Origin: Vibrio vulnificus CMCP6
Lineage (GTDB): Bacteria; Pseudomonadota; Gammaproteobacteria; Enterobacterales; Vibrionaceae
Length of the DNA: 32,000 bases
Assembly (NCBI RefSeq): GCF_000039765.1
Contig: NC_004460.2
Span: forward strand, 1,410,001-1,442,000
Reading direction: 5' to 3'
Positions 23,847-32,000 of this stretch are shown piece after piece (the stretch's first letter is position 1; every line of letters starts with the position of its first letter). Under the pieces are notes generated by a model. The model had not been told where the DNA came from, ran no database searches, and saw only the letters and a list, made by a program, of their open reading frames with translations. Made by a program: the position numbers and the translations under genes.

Positions 23847-26648
23847 ATGAGAAATCCAGCGATAGAAAAAGCGCAGCAAGCACTGGTGTCAGTGAGTCGA
23901 CAAGCCGCGGCAGAAGGCATTGTCCTGCTGAAAAATGATGACCAAGCCCTGCCGATTGAGCCATCGCAGGTGCTCTCTTTGTTTGGCCGTTGCCAGATGG
24001 ATACCTATCGCAGTGGCACGGGCTCTGGTGGCGCGGTGAACGTGCCTTATGCGGTGACTGCATTGCAAGGTTTGCAAGCCAACCCCACGATTCAACTCAA
24101 TACTTCGTTAATCGCCCTGTATCAAGATTGGCTAGCCCACCATCCGTTTGATGATGGCGGCGGTGGCTGGGCGGCAGAGCCGTGGTTTCAACATGAAATG
24201 CCACTGACCGACGAGGTGGTGGCGCAGGCAGCATCGCAGTCAGACAAAGCGGTGGTGTTTATTGGCCGCACCGCCGGTGAAGACAAAGATTACGCCGATG
24301 AAGCAGGCAGCTACCGCTTAACGGAATTGGAAACGGACATGCTAACGAAAGTGTGCCGCCATTTCTCCTGTGTGATCGTGGTGATGAACGTCACCAACAT
24401 TATCGATATGTCGTGGTTAACTCGCCTTGAAAACCATCAAGCGATCAAAGCGGTGCTCTACAGTTGGGCGGCGGGGATGGAAGGCGGTCATGCGCTGGCC
24501 GATGTGCTCTCTGGGGCTGTCTCACCCAGTGGCCGTTTGACCGATACCATCGCCCATCGTTTGCAAGATTACCCCTCTTCCGCCCATTTTGGCCGCAAAG
24601 ATTTCAATCTCTACGCGGAAGATATTTACGTTGGCTATCGCTACTTTGAAACCTTTGCCCCAGAAGCGGTGCAGTTTGAATTTGGTGCGGGCTTATCCTA
24701 TAGCCAATTTGAGCGCCGTTTGGTGCAGTGCTCGAGTGACGTGGCCGATGCTGGCGGCGATCTTACCAACGCCAAGTCGCTGTATTTTGAGATTGAAGTG
24801 CGCAACATCGGCCAGCAATTTAGCAGCAAAGAAGTGGTGCAGCTGTATGTTGAAGCGCCACAAGGCCAACTTGGCAAACCGGCCAGAGCGCTGTGTGGAT
24901 TTGCCAAAACCAGCGAACTAGCGCCAAACTGCAGCGAAGTGGTGCGCATCAGTGTGCCGGTGGCTTTGCTGGCGTCGTTTGATGATAGCGGTGCGAGTGG
25001 TTACCCAAACAGTTATGTGCTTGAAGCAGGGCAGTACCATTTCTACCTTGGCGGCAGCGTGCGCCAAGCGCAGAAAATCGACGCGACATGGTGGGTTGAG
25101 CACACCACCTCACTGGAAACACTCAGTGAAGCCTGCGCGCCAACCCGTGAGTTTGAGCGTCTTGTGCCTGCCGAGCGCCACGCCAATGGCGTCTATCAAC
25201 CCCGCTATCAGCCTGTGCCACAGCGTACGGTGGATCTGGCGCAGCGAATCGAAGCGAATTTGCCGCCAACCTATGCGTTCACGGGCGATCAAGGCATTAA
25301 GCTGGCCGATGTCGCCCAAGGTCGCGCCAGCCTAGAAGCGTTTGTTGCTCAACTCACAGCCGAACAACTGGCCATTCTGGTGCGTGGTGAAGGCATGTGC
25401 AGCCCGAAAGTGACACCGGGCACTGCCGCAGCGTTTGGCGGGGTATGCACTTCACTGTTTGAGTTTGGTATTCCGGTGGCCGCAGCGGCCGATGGCCCAT
25501 CGGGCATTCGCATGGACAGCGGCCATCAAGCGACCCAAGTGCCAATTGGCACGCTGCTCGCCTGCACATGGAACACCGAGCTCAATCAACAGTTGTATTA
25601 TTTGCTGGGCCAAGAGTTGCAAGCCTACCAAATCGACACTTTGCTCGGTCCGGGCATCAACATTCATCGCCATCCACTTAATGGCCGTAATTTCGAATAT
25701 TTCTCGGAAGATCCACTGTTAACCGGTTGGATTGCGGCTGCGCAAACCACGGGCTTAAAACAAGCGGGTGTTTCCGGCACCATCAAACACTTTGCGGCCA
25801 ACGATCAAGAAACCGCACGCGTGGATGTGGATAGCGTCATGTCGCAGCGTGCGCTGCGTGAAATCCACATCAAGCCGTTTGAAATGGCGGTGAAGTATGG
25901 TCAGGCGTCGACCATCATGACCGCTTACAATCCGGTCAACGGCCATTGGGCCGCGTCCAACTACGATCTCAACACCACCATTTTGCGCGGTGAATGGGGC
26001 TATACCGGCATCGTGATGACCGACTGGTGGGCGAAAATGAATCATCCCGTGGATGGGGGTGAAGAGAGTAAGCGCTTTACTGGCTATATGCTGCGAGCGC
26101 AAAACGATCTCTACATGGTGGTGGAAAACGACGCCGCTGAGCGCAATCCCATGGACGACGACACCTTGCACGCGTTAGCGCATGGCGAGTTAACGTTAGG
26201 CGAGTTGCAGCGCAGCGCGATGAACATCTGCCGCTTTATTTTGCAAGCGCCAGTGATGCAAAGGCCGCTGCAGGCGTATCAGGCGGTGAAACCTTTTGCG
26301 CCGCTAGCGGACGCATTGCCCGATGCCGCACCGCTGTTGCCTGTGACGCAGCGCATGGTGGTGAACAGCCAAAACCATTGCGAACTCTGGGTGGAAGTCG
26401 CGCAAGCGGGGCATTATCTCTGTTTTGCCGAAATGGCCTATGATCGCGAACCATTGGCGCAATCCTCTTGCAGTCTGAGCATCAATGGTGAATTTGCCAT
26501 GTCGCTGCCCACCAATGGCACCGAGGGAAAAACCGTTGAAATCGAAGGCATCGCCATCCATTTACAAGCGGGGATTTATCGAATCGACACCCAATTTGTG
26601 AAGAAAGGAGCCGAGCTGAAAACCTTGCGTTTTGAGGGGCAAGCGTAA
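23847..26648 (+). CDS. GH3 beta-glucosidase, cytoplasmic, with reversed (circularly permuted) domain order and a C-terminal beta-sandwich extension
   Basis: The GH3 alpha/beta-sandwich block ('VLLKNDDQALP', 'VVFIGRTAGEDKD', 'AGMEGGHALADVLSGAVSPSGRL') comes first, then an Fn3-like block ('GAGLSYSQFE'). The TIM-barrel block follows ('DGPSGIR', 'NIHRHPLNGRNFEYFSEDP', 'KHFAANDQE', nucleophile region 'IVMTDWW'). Confidence 0.88.
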   Translation: MRNPAIEKAQQALVSVSRQAAAEGIVLLKNDDQALPIEPSQVLSLFGRCQMDTYRSGTGSGGAVNVPYAVTALQGLQANPTIQLNTSLIALYQDWLAHHPFDDGGGGWAAEPWFQHEMPLTDEVVAQAASQSDKAVVFIGRTAGEDKDYADEAGSYRLTELETDMLTKVCRHFSCVIVVMNVTNIIDMSWLTRLENHQAIKAVLYSWAAGMEGGHALADVLSGAVSPSGRLTDTIAHRLQDYPSSAHFGRKDFNLYAEDIYVGYRYFETFAPEAVQFEFGAGLSYSQFERRLVQCSSDVADAGGDLTNAKSLYFEIEVRNIGQQFSSKEVVQLYVEAPQGQLGKPARALCGFAKTSELAPNCSEVVRISVPVALLASFDDSGASGYPNSYVLEAGQYHFYLGGSVRQAQKIDATWWVEHTTSLETLSEACAPTREFERLVPAERHANGVYQPRYQPVPQRTVDLAQRIEANLPPTYAFTGDQGIKLADVAQGRASLEAFVAQLTAEQLAILVRGEGMCSPKVTPGTAAAFGGVCTSLFEFGIPVAAAADGPSGIRMDSGHQATQVPIGTLLACTWNTELNQQLYYLLGQELQAYQIDTLLGPGINIHRHPLNGRNFEYFSEDPLLTGWIAAAQTTGLKQAGVSGTIKHFAANDQETARVDVDSVMSQRALREIHIKPFEMAVKYGQASTIMTAYNPVNGHWAASNYDLNTTILRGEWGYTGIVMTDWWAKMNHPVDGGEESKRFTGYMLRAQNDLYMVVENDAAERNPMDDDTLHALAHGELTLGELQRSAMNICRFILQAPVMQRPLQAYQAVKPFAPLADALPDAAPLLPVTQRMVVNSQNHCELWVEVAQAGHYLCFAEMAYDREPLAQSSCSLSINGEFAMSLPTNGTEGKTVEIEGIAIHLQAGIYRIDTQFVKKGAELKTLRFEGQA

Positions 26649-26729
26649 CGCGACTTAACCATAAATTTTGTGTGTCTTTGTGCGCAGTTCCTATACAATA
26701 AGGCACACATTTCAAATTATCATTTTTGA

Positions 26730-26765
26730 CTGCTCCGCATCCGTTTTGTGGAGCAGTTTTTGTTT
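26730..26765 (+). terminator. Rho-independent terminator after the GH3 gene
   Basis: CTGCTCC (26730-26736) pairs with GGAGCAG (26750-26756), followed by TTTTTGTTTT. Confidence 0.75.
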
Positions 26766-26801
26766 TACTGACAGTGTATTTTCAACCTTAAGGTCAACAA
26801 C

Positions 26802-28142
26802 ATGGCTAAAACCCAAAATATCAACCAACGCATGTCTATCGTGACGCTCGCGTGGCCGATATTAGTGGAAATTTTGCTACGGACAGCGCTCGGCACCAGC
26901 GACGTATTCATGCTTTCTGGCTATTCAGACAAAGCGGTGTCGGCGGTGGGGGTGATCACCCAACTGACGTTCTTCCTCATCATTGTCTCTACCTTTGTCA
27001 GTAGCGGCACTGGGATTCTCATTGCTCAATACAACGGAGCAGGGCGCGATCAAGATTCCACTCACGTTGGGGTGGCGAGTATTGCGCTTTCCAGCGTCAT
27101 CGGCGTGATGCTCAGTGTGTTGGCGGTGCTCGGTGCGATGCATTTGCTCCCTTACTATGGCTTGGAAGCTCAGGTGGAACAATACGCGCAAGAATACCTG
27201 CTCATCAGCGGGGCGATGACCTTTAACGTCACCATTGGCATTGTGTTCACCACCATTTTGCGCAGTCACGGTTATTCACGTTCGCCCATGACGGTTAATC
27301 TCATCAGTGGCGTGCTCAACATCATCGGTAACTACATTGCGCTCTATCAGCCGTTTGGTTTGCCGGTGTATGGCGTGCAAGGAGTGGCCATTGCGACGGT
27401 AGCCAGCCAGGTGATCGGCACAACGATTCTGGGCGTGCTGCTGTGGCGCAGTTCCATCGCCTTGCCGATGCGTTCACTCGCGCAAGTGCCTAAAGCGGTC
27501 TACAAGAAAATTCTCAAAATCGGCGGCATGAACGCAGGGGAAGTGCTTTCGTACAATATGGCGCAAATCACCATCGTCTATTTTGTGGTGCAGATGGGCA
27601 CCTCGTCTCTTGCGGCGTTTACCTATGCGCAGAACATCGCGCGTTTCTCTTTTGCGTTTGCTTTAGCCATTGGCCAAGCAACGCAAATTCAAACCGGTTA
27701 CTACATTGGTAAAGGCTGGATAGAGAGCATCACCAAACGGGTGCAACTCTACTTTTTGGTTGGCTTTGCCTCTTCGGTCACGGTGGCGAGCACCATCTAC
27801 TTTATGCGTGATGCGATCTTAACTCTGTTCACTCAGCAGCCAGAGATCCTCTTGTTGGCGGGTTCCCTCGTGATGGGCTCCATTGTGTTGGAAGCGGGGC
27901 GCGTGTTTAACCTGATTTTCATCTCGGCGCTGAAAGGGGCGGGGGACATCAAATTCCCAGTGCAAATGGGCATTTTGAGCATGTGGGGCTTAGGCGTGGT
28001 GTTTTCATATCTGCTTGGTATTCACTGGGGCTATGGCGTATTCGGTGCATGGATGGCGATTGCCCTCGACGAGTGGTTCCGTGGCCTCATCATGGCAAGG
28101 CGTTGGCGCTCGCAAGTTTGGACGCGTTATAAACTCAGCTAA
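26802..28142 (+). CDS. MATE-family multidrug/toxic-compound efflux transporter
   Basis: 446 aa, about 12 predicted TM segments. The N-terminal 'LAWPILVEILLRTALGTSDVFMLSG' and overall layout are typical of the MATE (NorM/DinF) family. Confidence 0.88.
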   Translation: MAKTQNINQRMSIVTLAWPILVEILLRTALGTSDVFMLSGYSDKAVSAVGVITQLTFFLIIVSTFVSSGTGILIAQYNGAGRDQDSTHVGVASIALSSVIGVMLSVLAVLGAMHLLPYYGLEAQVEQYAQEYLLISGAMTFNVTIGIVFTTILRSHGYSRSPMTVNLISGVLNIIGNYIALYQPFGLPVYGVQGVAIATVASQVIGTTILGVLLWRSSIALPMRSLAQVPKAVYKKILKIGGMNAGEVLSYNMAQITIVYFVVQMGTSSLAAFTYAQNIARFSFAFALAIGQATQIQTGYYIGKGWIESITKRVQLYFLVGFASSVTVASTIYFMRDAILTLFTQQPEILLLAGSLVMGSIVLEAGRVFNLIFISALKGAGDIKFPVQMGILSMWGLGVVFSYLLGIHWGYGVFGAWMAIALDEWFRGLIMARRWRSQVWTRYKLS

Positions 28143-28302
28143 CGCATCGCGTTATGTACCAAAAAATTAACGTGCGCTATAATAGTGTCCGTTATTTTAT
28201 ACAAAGCTGGAATATGAGATTTCAAGGCTGGCTTATACATTCAGTAGAGTGATGGGATTATACTCCTCCCCCTTATTCTTCACACTCGCTAGGTGGTAGG
28301 TA

Positions 28303-28800
28303 ATGAATATCCAAGTAAAAGATTCATTAATCGCAGGACTGATAAACGGTGCCATTAACGGCTATATCGCAAGTCACCACTTCAAAGGAATGAGTTCGGT
28401 CCCAATGTCGATGGAGATGATCTCCAATTCGCAAGTGACCGTTTGGGGACAAGCGATTTCCTTAACCTTTGGTTTGGGGATCATTTTGTCTTTGATCACC
28501 TCAAAGCTGTTTCTTCGTCAGCTCAAAACCAGTCACCCTCAACAGAGCCATGAACTGCAACGTTCATTTTGGAAAGATCTCCTGCCCATCGCATTAATGC
28601 AGGCTGGGGCTTTGTTTGGTTGGTTCGTCGCCTTAGCGGTGATTTGGACCAAATACGCCGGTGAAGTGCTGGTTTCGCCAAATACCGCCGTGATTCTCAT
28701 CGGAGTATTTGCGTTCATCATTACCTTATTTGTTGAGGTGAGAACGAAAAAGAGCATTATCTATAAGAAAGTCAATCTACTTGAGCAGAACACGATTTAA
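28303..28800 (+). CDS. Small integral membrane protein (3-4 TM segments), family unassigned
   Basis: 165-aa ORF with hydrophobic segments ('WGQAISLTFGLGIILSLITSKLF', 'LLPIALMQAGALFGWFVALAVIW', 'AVILIGVFAFIITLFVEV'). It ends 10 nt before the HlyD gene, whose GAGG Shine-Dalgarno lies in the gap. Confidence 0.6.
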   Translation: MNIQVKDSLIAGLINGAINGYIASHHFKGMSSVPMSMEMISNSQVTVWGQAISLTFGLGIILSLITSKLFLRQLKTSHPQQSHELQRSFWKDLLPIALMQAGALFGWFVALAVIWTKYAGEVLVSPNTAVILIGVFAFIITLFVEVRTKKSIIYKKVNLLEQNTI

Positions 28801-28810
28801 TTGAGGAACA

Positions 28811-29920
28811 ATGATGTCAGAACAAAACACCACAACAGGCGCATCAGAAGACAATAAAAAGCTCAAACAAGCGCGCTCATTCACGTACTACATTTTTGCC
28901 GTCGTGATTGCCCTTTGGGTTTATACCCTGTGGGCCGACCGCGTGACACCGATGACCGATCAAGCCCGTGTCAACGGCCAAGTGATCCGCATTAGCCCAG
29001 AAGTGTCCGGGCCAATTTCTCAAATCCACGTTGCCAATAACGCCACGGTCAAAGCTGGGGATGAGTTGGTGAACATCGACCCTCGCCCTTTCGAGCTGGC
29101 GGTTAAAGCGGCGCGATTTGACCTGCAAAAAGCGGCGCAATCCTACCAAGCGGATTCCGCGGCGATCAACGTGGCCAAAGCCAACGAAGTGGCCGCGCGC
29201 GTGCGAGTCGCCAACGCGAGAAAAAACGTTGAGCGTAACCGCGTGCTTGTCGAGCGTGGCACCATTAGCCAAGCAGCGATGGACAACATGGTTGCAGAGC
29301 TAGACACGGCCGAAGCCAACCTCGCGCAAGCCTCTTCTGCGCTGGAAAAAGCCAAACAAGAGTTTGGCCCTCGTGGCAAAGAAAACCCAGAGATCCAAGC
29401 GGTGTTGAACCGTCTTGAGCAAGCGTTACTTAACCTCAACCACACCAAATTGCTTGCGCCTGCCGATGGCGTGATCACCAATATGGATGTCGCTGTGGGC
29501 GACTACGCAGGCGCTGGCCAACCGCTGCTGACCTTCGTGAACAACCACAGCCTTTGGTTAACCGCGATGGTTCGAGAAAACTCACTGGCGTACCTAAAAA
29601 CGGGCGACAAAGTCAAAATCGTCTTTGATGCTTACCCAGGAGAAGTGTTTGAAGGCAGCATTTCATCTATTGGTTGGGGCAGCAGTGGCAACGGTAGCCT
29701 TTCAGTGGATGCGGGCACAGGCTTGATGTCATCGCCAACCAACAACCCGAAAGCTCAGCGTTTCCCAGTCAACATTGAGTTTTCCGATTTACCAGACAAC
29801 ATTACCCTAAGATACAGTGGCCGCGCGGTGGTTGGCTTCTATCCAGAGGAAAGCTACATTGCAGAAAGACTGCAAGACCTATGGATCTGGGCATGGAGCT
29901 ACATTAGTTATGTTTCGTAG
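28811..29920 (+). CDS. HlyD/EmrA-type membrane fusion (periplasmic adaptor) protein
   Basis: N-terminal TM anchor, then a lipoyl-like 'VNGQVIRISPEVSGPISQIHVANNATVKAGDELVNID', a long coiled-coil, 'LLAPADGVITNMDV' and a beta-barrel region. This is the classic MFP layout. Confidence 0.9.
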   Translation: MMSEQNTTTGASEDNKKLKQARSFTYYIFAVVIALWVYTLWADRVTPMTDQARVNGQVIRISPEVSGPISQIHVANNATVKAGDELVNIDPRPFELAVKAARFDLQKAAQSYQADSAAINVAKANEVAARVRVANARKNVERNRVLVERGTISQAAMDNMVAELDTAEANLAQASSALEKAKQEFGPRGKENPEIQAVLNRLEQALLNLNHTKLLAPADGVITNMDVAVGDYAGAGQPLLTFVNNHSLWLTAMVRENSLAYLKTGDKVKIVFDAYPGEVFEGSISSIGWGSSGNGSLSVDAGTGLMSSPTNNPKAQRFPVNIEFSDLPDNITLRYSGRAVVGFYPEESYIAERLQDLWIWAWSYISYVS

Positions 29921-30908
29921 CGCCGCGAATCCTCTGCTTAGAGTCGCGATGTTTCCCGTACTGCTGTTGTTCTGGCAGTACGTATTCGGTACGGATTTAC
30001 CCTTGCTGGCGCCTGCCATGTGTGTGGTGTTTTTAACCACCACTCATGAGCCACCACCGCTGGCGATGATTTTGGTCATGGGGGGAATTCTGTTTATTAC
30101 CGCTTGGGTACAGGCGTTCGTAAGCAACCTACTGATTGACTATCCGCAGGTCTACTATCTGTTCTTATTTGGCGTGTTTTACTGGTGTATGGAACGCACC
30201 AAAAAGAACTCACAAGACGTGCTGGCGATATTGTTGATTGTTTCCACCGCCATGATTGCGGTATTCACCCAACAAAAAGGGATCGACGTAGAGCAAATCC
30301 CATTTGCCTTGTTGGCGAACATCTTCATTGCGGGATTCACAGCCTATCTGGCGTATTTCATCTTCCCCGGTGGTGAGCCACTGGCAGAGAACGTGGCAGC
30401 ACGCTCTTCAAGCATGAAATACACGCTCGATTGGCAGACGCTGATGAAAACCATCATCATCATGGTGGTGTTAGTTTTCACCATTCGTCTCGATTTAGAG
30501 CAGAGCACCATCATCACCATCATTGTGGCCTTGGTGCTCAAAGATCCCGACCCCATCGTCGGGCGCGATTATGGCGTGAGAAGGCTCATCACCACCTACG
30601 CCAGTGTGCTCTATGCAGTGCCGCCGTTGATCGTCAGCTTGTTCCAAGTGAACTTGGTGGGCTCGCTAGGCGCGGCATTGGTGAGTTCGCTCTTTATGGG
30701 CATTCATGCGATGGAGAAAAAAGCCAGCTTCAACTCCATTCAACTGATGTATTCGAGCTACGTCGTGCTGGTGTTTTACGGCATCACCTCAACCAGCATC
30801 AGCGCCATCAGCGATGATCTGGTGCGCTTTGCCTCGGTGATGTTCGCCGTATTGCTCGGCATCATGAGCTTAATCAGCTTGCTGCCCAAACAACGCAGCA
30901 CCAGCTAA
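29910..30908 (+). CDS. Polytopic membrane protein, half-size FUSC-like (DUF2955-like by recollection)
   Basis: In-frame ATG 29910 (GGAG 11 nt upstream) overlaps the HlyD stop by 11 nt. The track start 29817 would overlap HlyD by 104 nt. About 332 aa and very hydrophobic throughout. Confidence 0.6.
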   Translation: MFRSAANPLLRVAMFPVLLLFWQYVFGTDLPLLAPAMCVVFLTTTHEPPPLAMILVMGGILFITAWVQAFVSNLLIDYPQVYYLFLFGVFYWCMERTKKNSQDVLAILLIVSTAMIAVFTQQKGIDVEQIPFALLANIFIAGFTAYLAYFIFPGGEPLAENVAARSSSMKYTLDWQTLMKTIIIMVVLVFTIRLDLEQSTIITIIVALVLKDPDPIVGRDYGVRRLITTYASVLYAVPPLIVSLFQVNLVGSLGAALVSSLFMGIHAMEKKASFNSIQLMYSSYVVLVFYGITSTSISAISDDLVRFASVMFAVLLGIMSLISLLPKQRSTS

Positions 30909-30956
30909 ACCAGCGCGCTTTAAACGAAAGCAAAGACGCAAACTCAAGACACAAAC

Positions 30957-30988
30957 AAAAAGCACTGAACTCACTCAGTGCTTTTTTA
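30957..30988 (+). terminator. Rho-independent terminator after the membrane module
   Basis: AGCACTGA-actcac-TCAGTGCT followed by TTTTTT. An A-run on the 5' side could allow bidirectional use. Confidence 0.8.
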
Positions 30989-31080
30989 TATTTGGCGTAT
31001 CTCACTTTACCCCATCAAGATTCCTCGCCCTTCTTTTAGCGAAGTCGCTCAGATTGTGATTGAGATTCATGAACAATAGA

Positions 31081-31133
31081 TTGACACATCACCAAGCTAG
31101 TATAAGATTTAAGCGTACGGACAAGTGACGTAC
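31081..31133 (+). promoter_or_regulatory. Candidate promoter and operator of the TA module
   Basis: TTGACA (31081-31086), a 16-nt spacer, then TAAGAT. This is followed by the inverted repeat GTACG-N9-CGTAC (31115-31133), a plausible antitoxin autoregulation site. Confidence 0.4.
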
Positions 31134-31174
31134 ATTAGGTTTGAAGTGAGAGCGGAAAATAAGTAGGTACAACT

Positions 31175-31465
31175 ATGTCTGCACTAAAAAAAGAACGTGT
31201 GGAATTGAGAGTCACAGCAGAAGAGAAAAGGGCACTTGAAGAAGCCGCCTTGCTGAGCAATACCACCGTGAGTCGGTTCATTGCAGAAACGGTCGCGCAG
31301 AGAGTGGAATCGGTAATCGCGGAGCAAAAGCGATTGTTGGTCGCTCATGAACAATGGGAAAGTGTCATGTCTGCGTTGCAAAACCCTGTTGAGCCCACCG
31401 AGTTAATGAAAGAGATTCTAAGTTCATCCATGGAGGATTCTTGGTCGGTAAAAATCAACAAGTAA
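31175..31465 (+). CDS. DUF1778 ribbon-helix-helix antitoxin (TacA-like)
   Basis: 96 aa. The N-terminal 'RVELRVTAEEKRALEEAALLSNTTVSRFIAETV' is the characteristic DUF1778 RHH. The gene overlaps the downstream GNAT gene. Confidence 0.85.
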   Translation: MSALKKERVELRVTAEEKRALEEAALLSNTTVSRFIAETVAQRVESVIAEQKRLLVAHEQWESVMSALQNPVEPTELMKEILSSSMEDSWSVKINK

Positions 31466-31989
31466 GCGTTGAGCGATACGACGCCGAATCAGACTATGAT
31501 TTCGAACCATTTGACTGTGGCATTGAACACCTCAATCAGTTCCTCAAGTCGAGAATGCATAAGGAAGCAGATAAGGGGCTACTGGTCCCTTATCTTTGTT
31601 TCTACCTCAATGATGAGGGGAAAAAAGAAGTCATCGGTTACTTCACTCTCAGCAGTGGCAGTATTGAAAAAGCCGCGCTGACGGTCAGGCCAAGGCGGGA
31701 TGTCTCCTATTCAACAGTACCTTGCATCCTGCTCGGGCGGCTTGCTGTGTGTCAGTCTGTTCAGGGGCAAGGCTTGGGCAAATTCTTGCTCGGTAAAGCC
31801 ATTTTGCAATCACTCGTCAGTTCCAAAGCCATTGGCGTTTATGCCATCGCATTGCGTGCCGAGGAACATAACTGGCCGTTTTACCTTCAAGCGGGTTTTA
31901 CTCAGTCTAAGCACCATGATGGCAAAACCTTCTTCTACTCATTGAAGCAAGCTGAGCAGTACTACAAAACGCTCGCCAAGCCACGTTAA
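31441..31989 (+). CDS. GNAT-family acetyltransferase toxin (TacT-like)
   Basis: 'FDCGIEHLNQFLKS' and the acetyl-CoA-binding block 'LLGRLAVCQSVQGQGLGKFLLGKAI' match GNAT toxins that pair with DUF1778 antitoxins. The putative TTG start at 31441 overlaps the antitoxin by 25 nt, so the start is uncertain. Confidence 0.82.
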   Translation: MVGKNQQVSVERYDAESDYDFEPFDCGIEHLNQFLKSRMHKEADKGLLVPYLCFYLNDEGKKEVIGYFTLSSGSIEKAALTVRPRRDVSYSTVPCILLGRLAVCQSVQGQGLGKFLLGKAILQSLVSSKAIGVYAIALRAEEHNWPFYLQAGFTQSKHHDGKTFFYSLKQAEQYYKTLAKPR

Positions 31990-32000
31990 ATCAGAACGGT

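Noticed and set aside
29817-29909. Upstream extension of the FUSC-like ORF (track start 29817)
   Set aside because: It would overlap the HlyD gene by 104 nt in another frame. The in-frame ATG at 29910, with a GGAG upstream, gives a conventional short overlap and starts at the first hydrophobic segment.
30909-31174. Possible integron attC/VCR repeat, IS end or att site upstream of the TA pair
   Set aside because: There are no long imperfect inverted repeats, no R'/R'' core-like GTTRRRY pairs that I could recognise, and no integrase or transposase ORF. Only a terminator and a promoter-like region are present.
1-32000. CRISPR arrays, tRNA/rRNA genes, transposases, phage genes and known defence-system genes
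   Set aside because: I scanned the intergenic gaps and the ORF track. No regularly spaced repeats, cloverleaf-like segments, DDE/integrase-like proteins or nuclease/helicase/ATPase defence-type ORFs were seen. Every large ORF is accounted for by metabolism, transport, regulation or the TA pair.

Overview
Densely coding gammaproteobacterial segment; Vibrio-like is an inference from gene content only. I saw no rRNA, tRNA, CRISPR array, IS element or integron site. Positions 1-26650 form one large carbohydrate-utilisation locus. Its enzymes are a GH1 beta-glucosidase, lipoprotein GH17 and GH16 beta-1,3-glucanases, a cytoplasmic domain-permuted GH3 and a LamB-family porin, which point to beta-1,3-glucan (laminarin-type) substrates. 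The locus carries two importers: a CUT1 sugar ABC system with the GH1 gene embedded, and a complete five-gene Opp/Dpp-type ABC system. It also has two LacI regulators, one AraC regulator and a 1149-aa uncharacterised cytoplasmic protein. I interpret that protein as a GH94-clan (GH149/GH161-like) glycoside phosphorylase, and it is the best candidate for new biochemistry here. A near-perfect palindrome, AAAGAAAGCGCTTTCTTT, occurs eight times, always in intergenic or 5' regions of this locus (one copy lies inside a doubtful N-terminal ORF extension). It looks like the operator of a LacI-type regulon. Positions 26800-32000 look more accessory. They hold a MATE efflux pump, a three-gene membrane module (unassigned 165-aa membrane protein, HlyD-type adaptor, half-size FUSC/DUF2955-like protein) and a DUF1778/GNAT (TacAT-like) toxin-antitoxin pair. 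All functional calls come from motif recognition by eye on the supplied translations; no database search or computation was possible.
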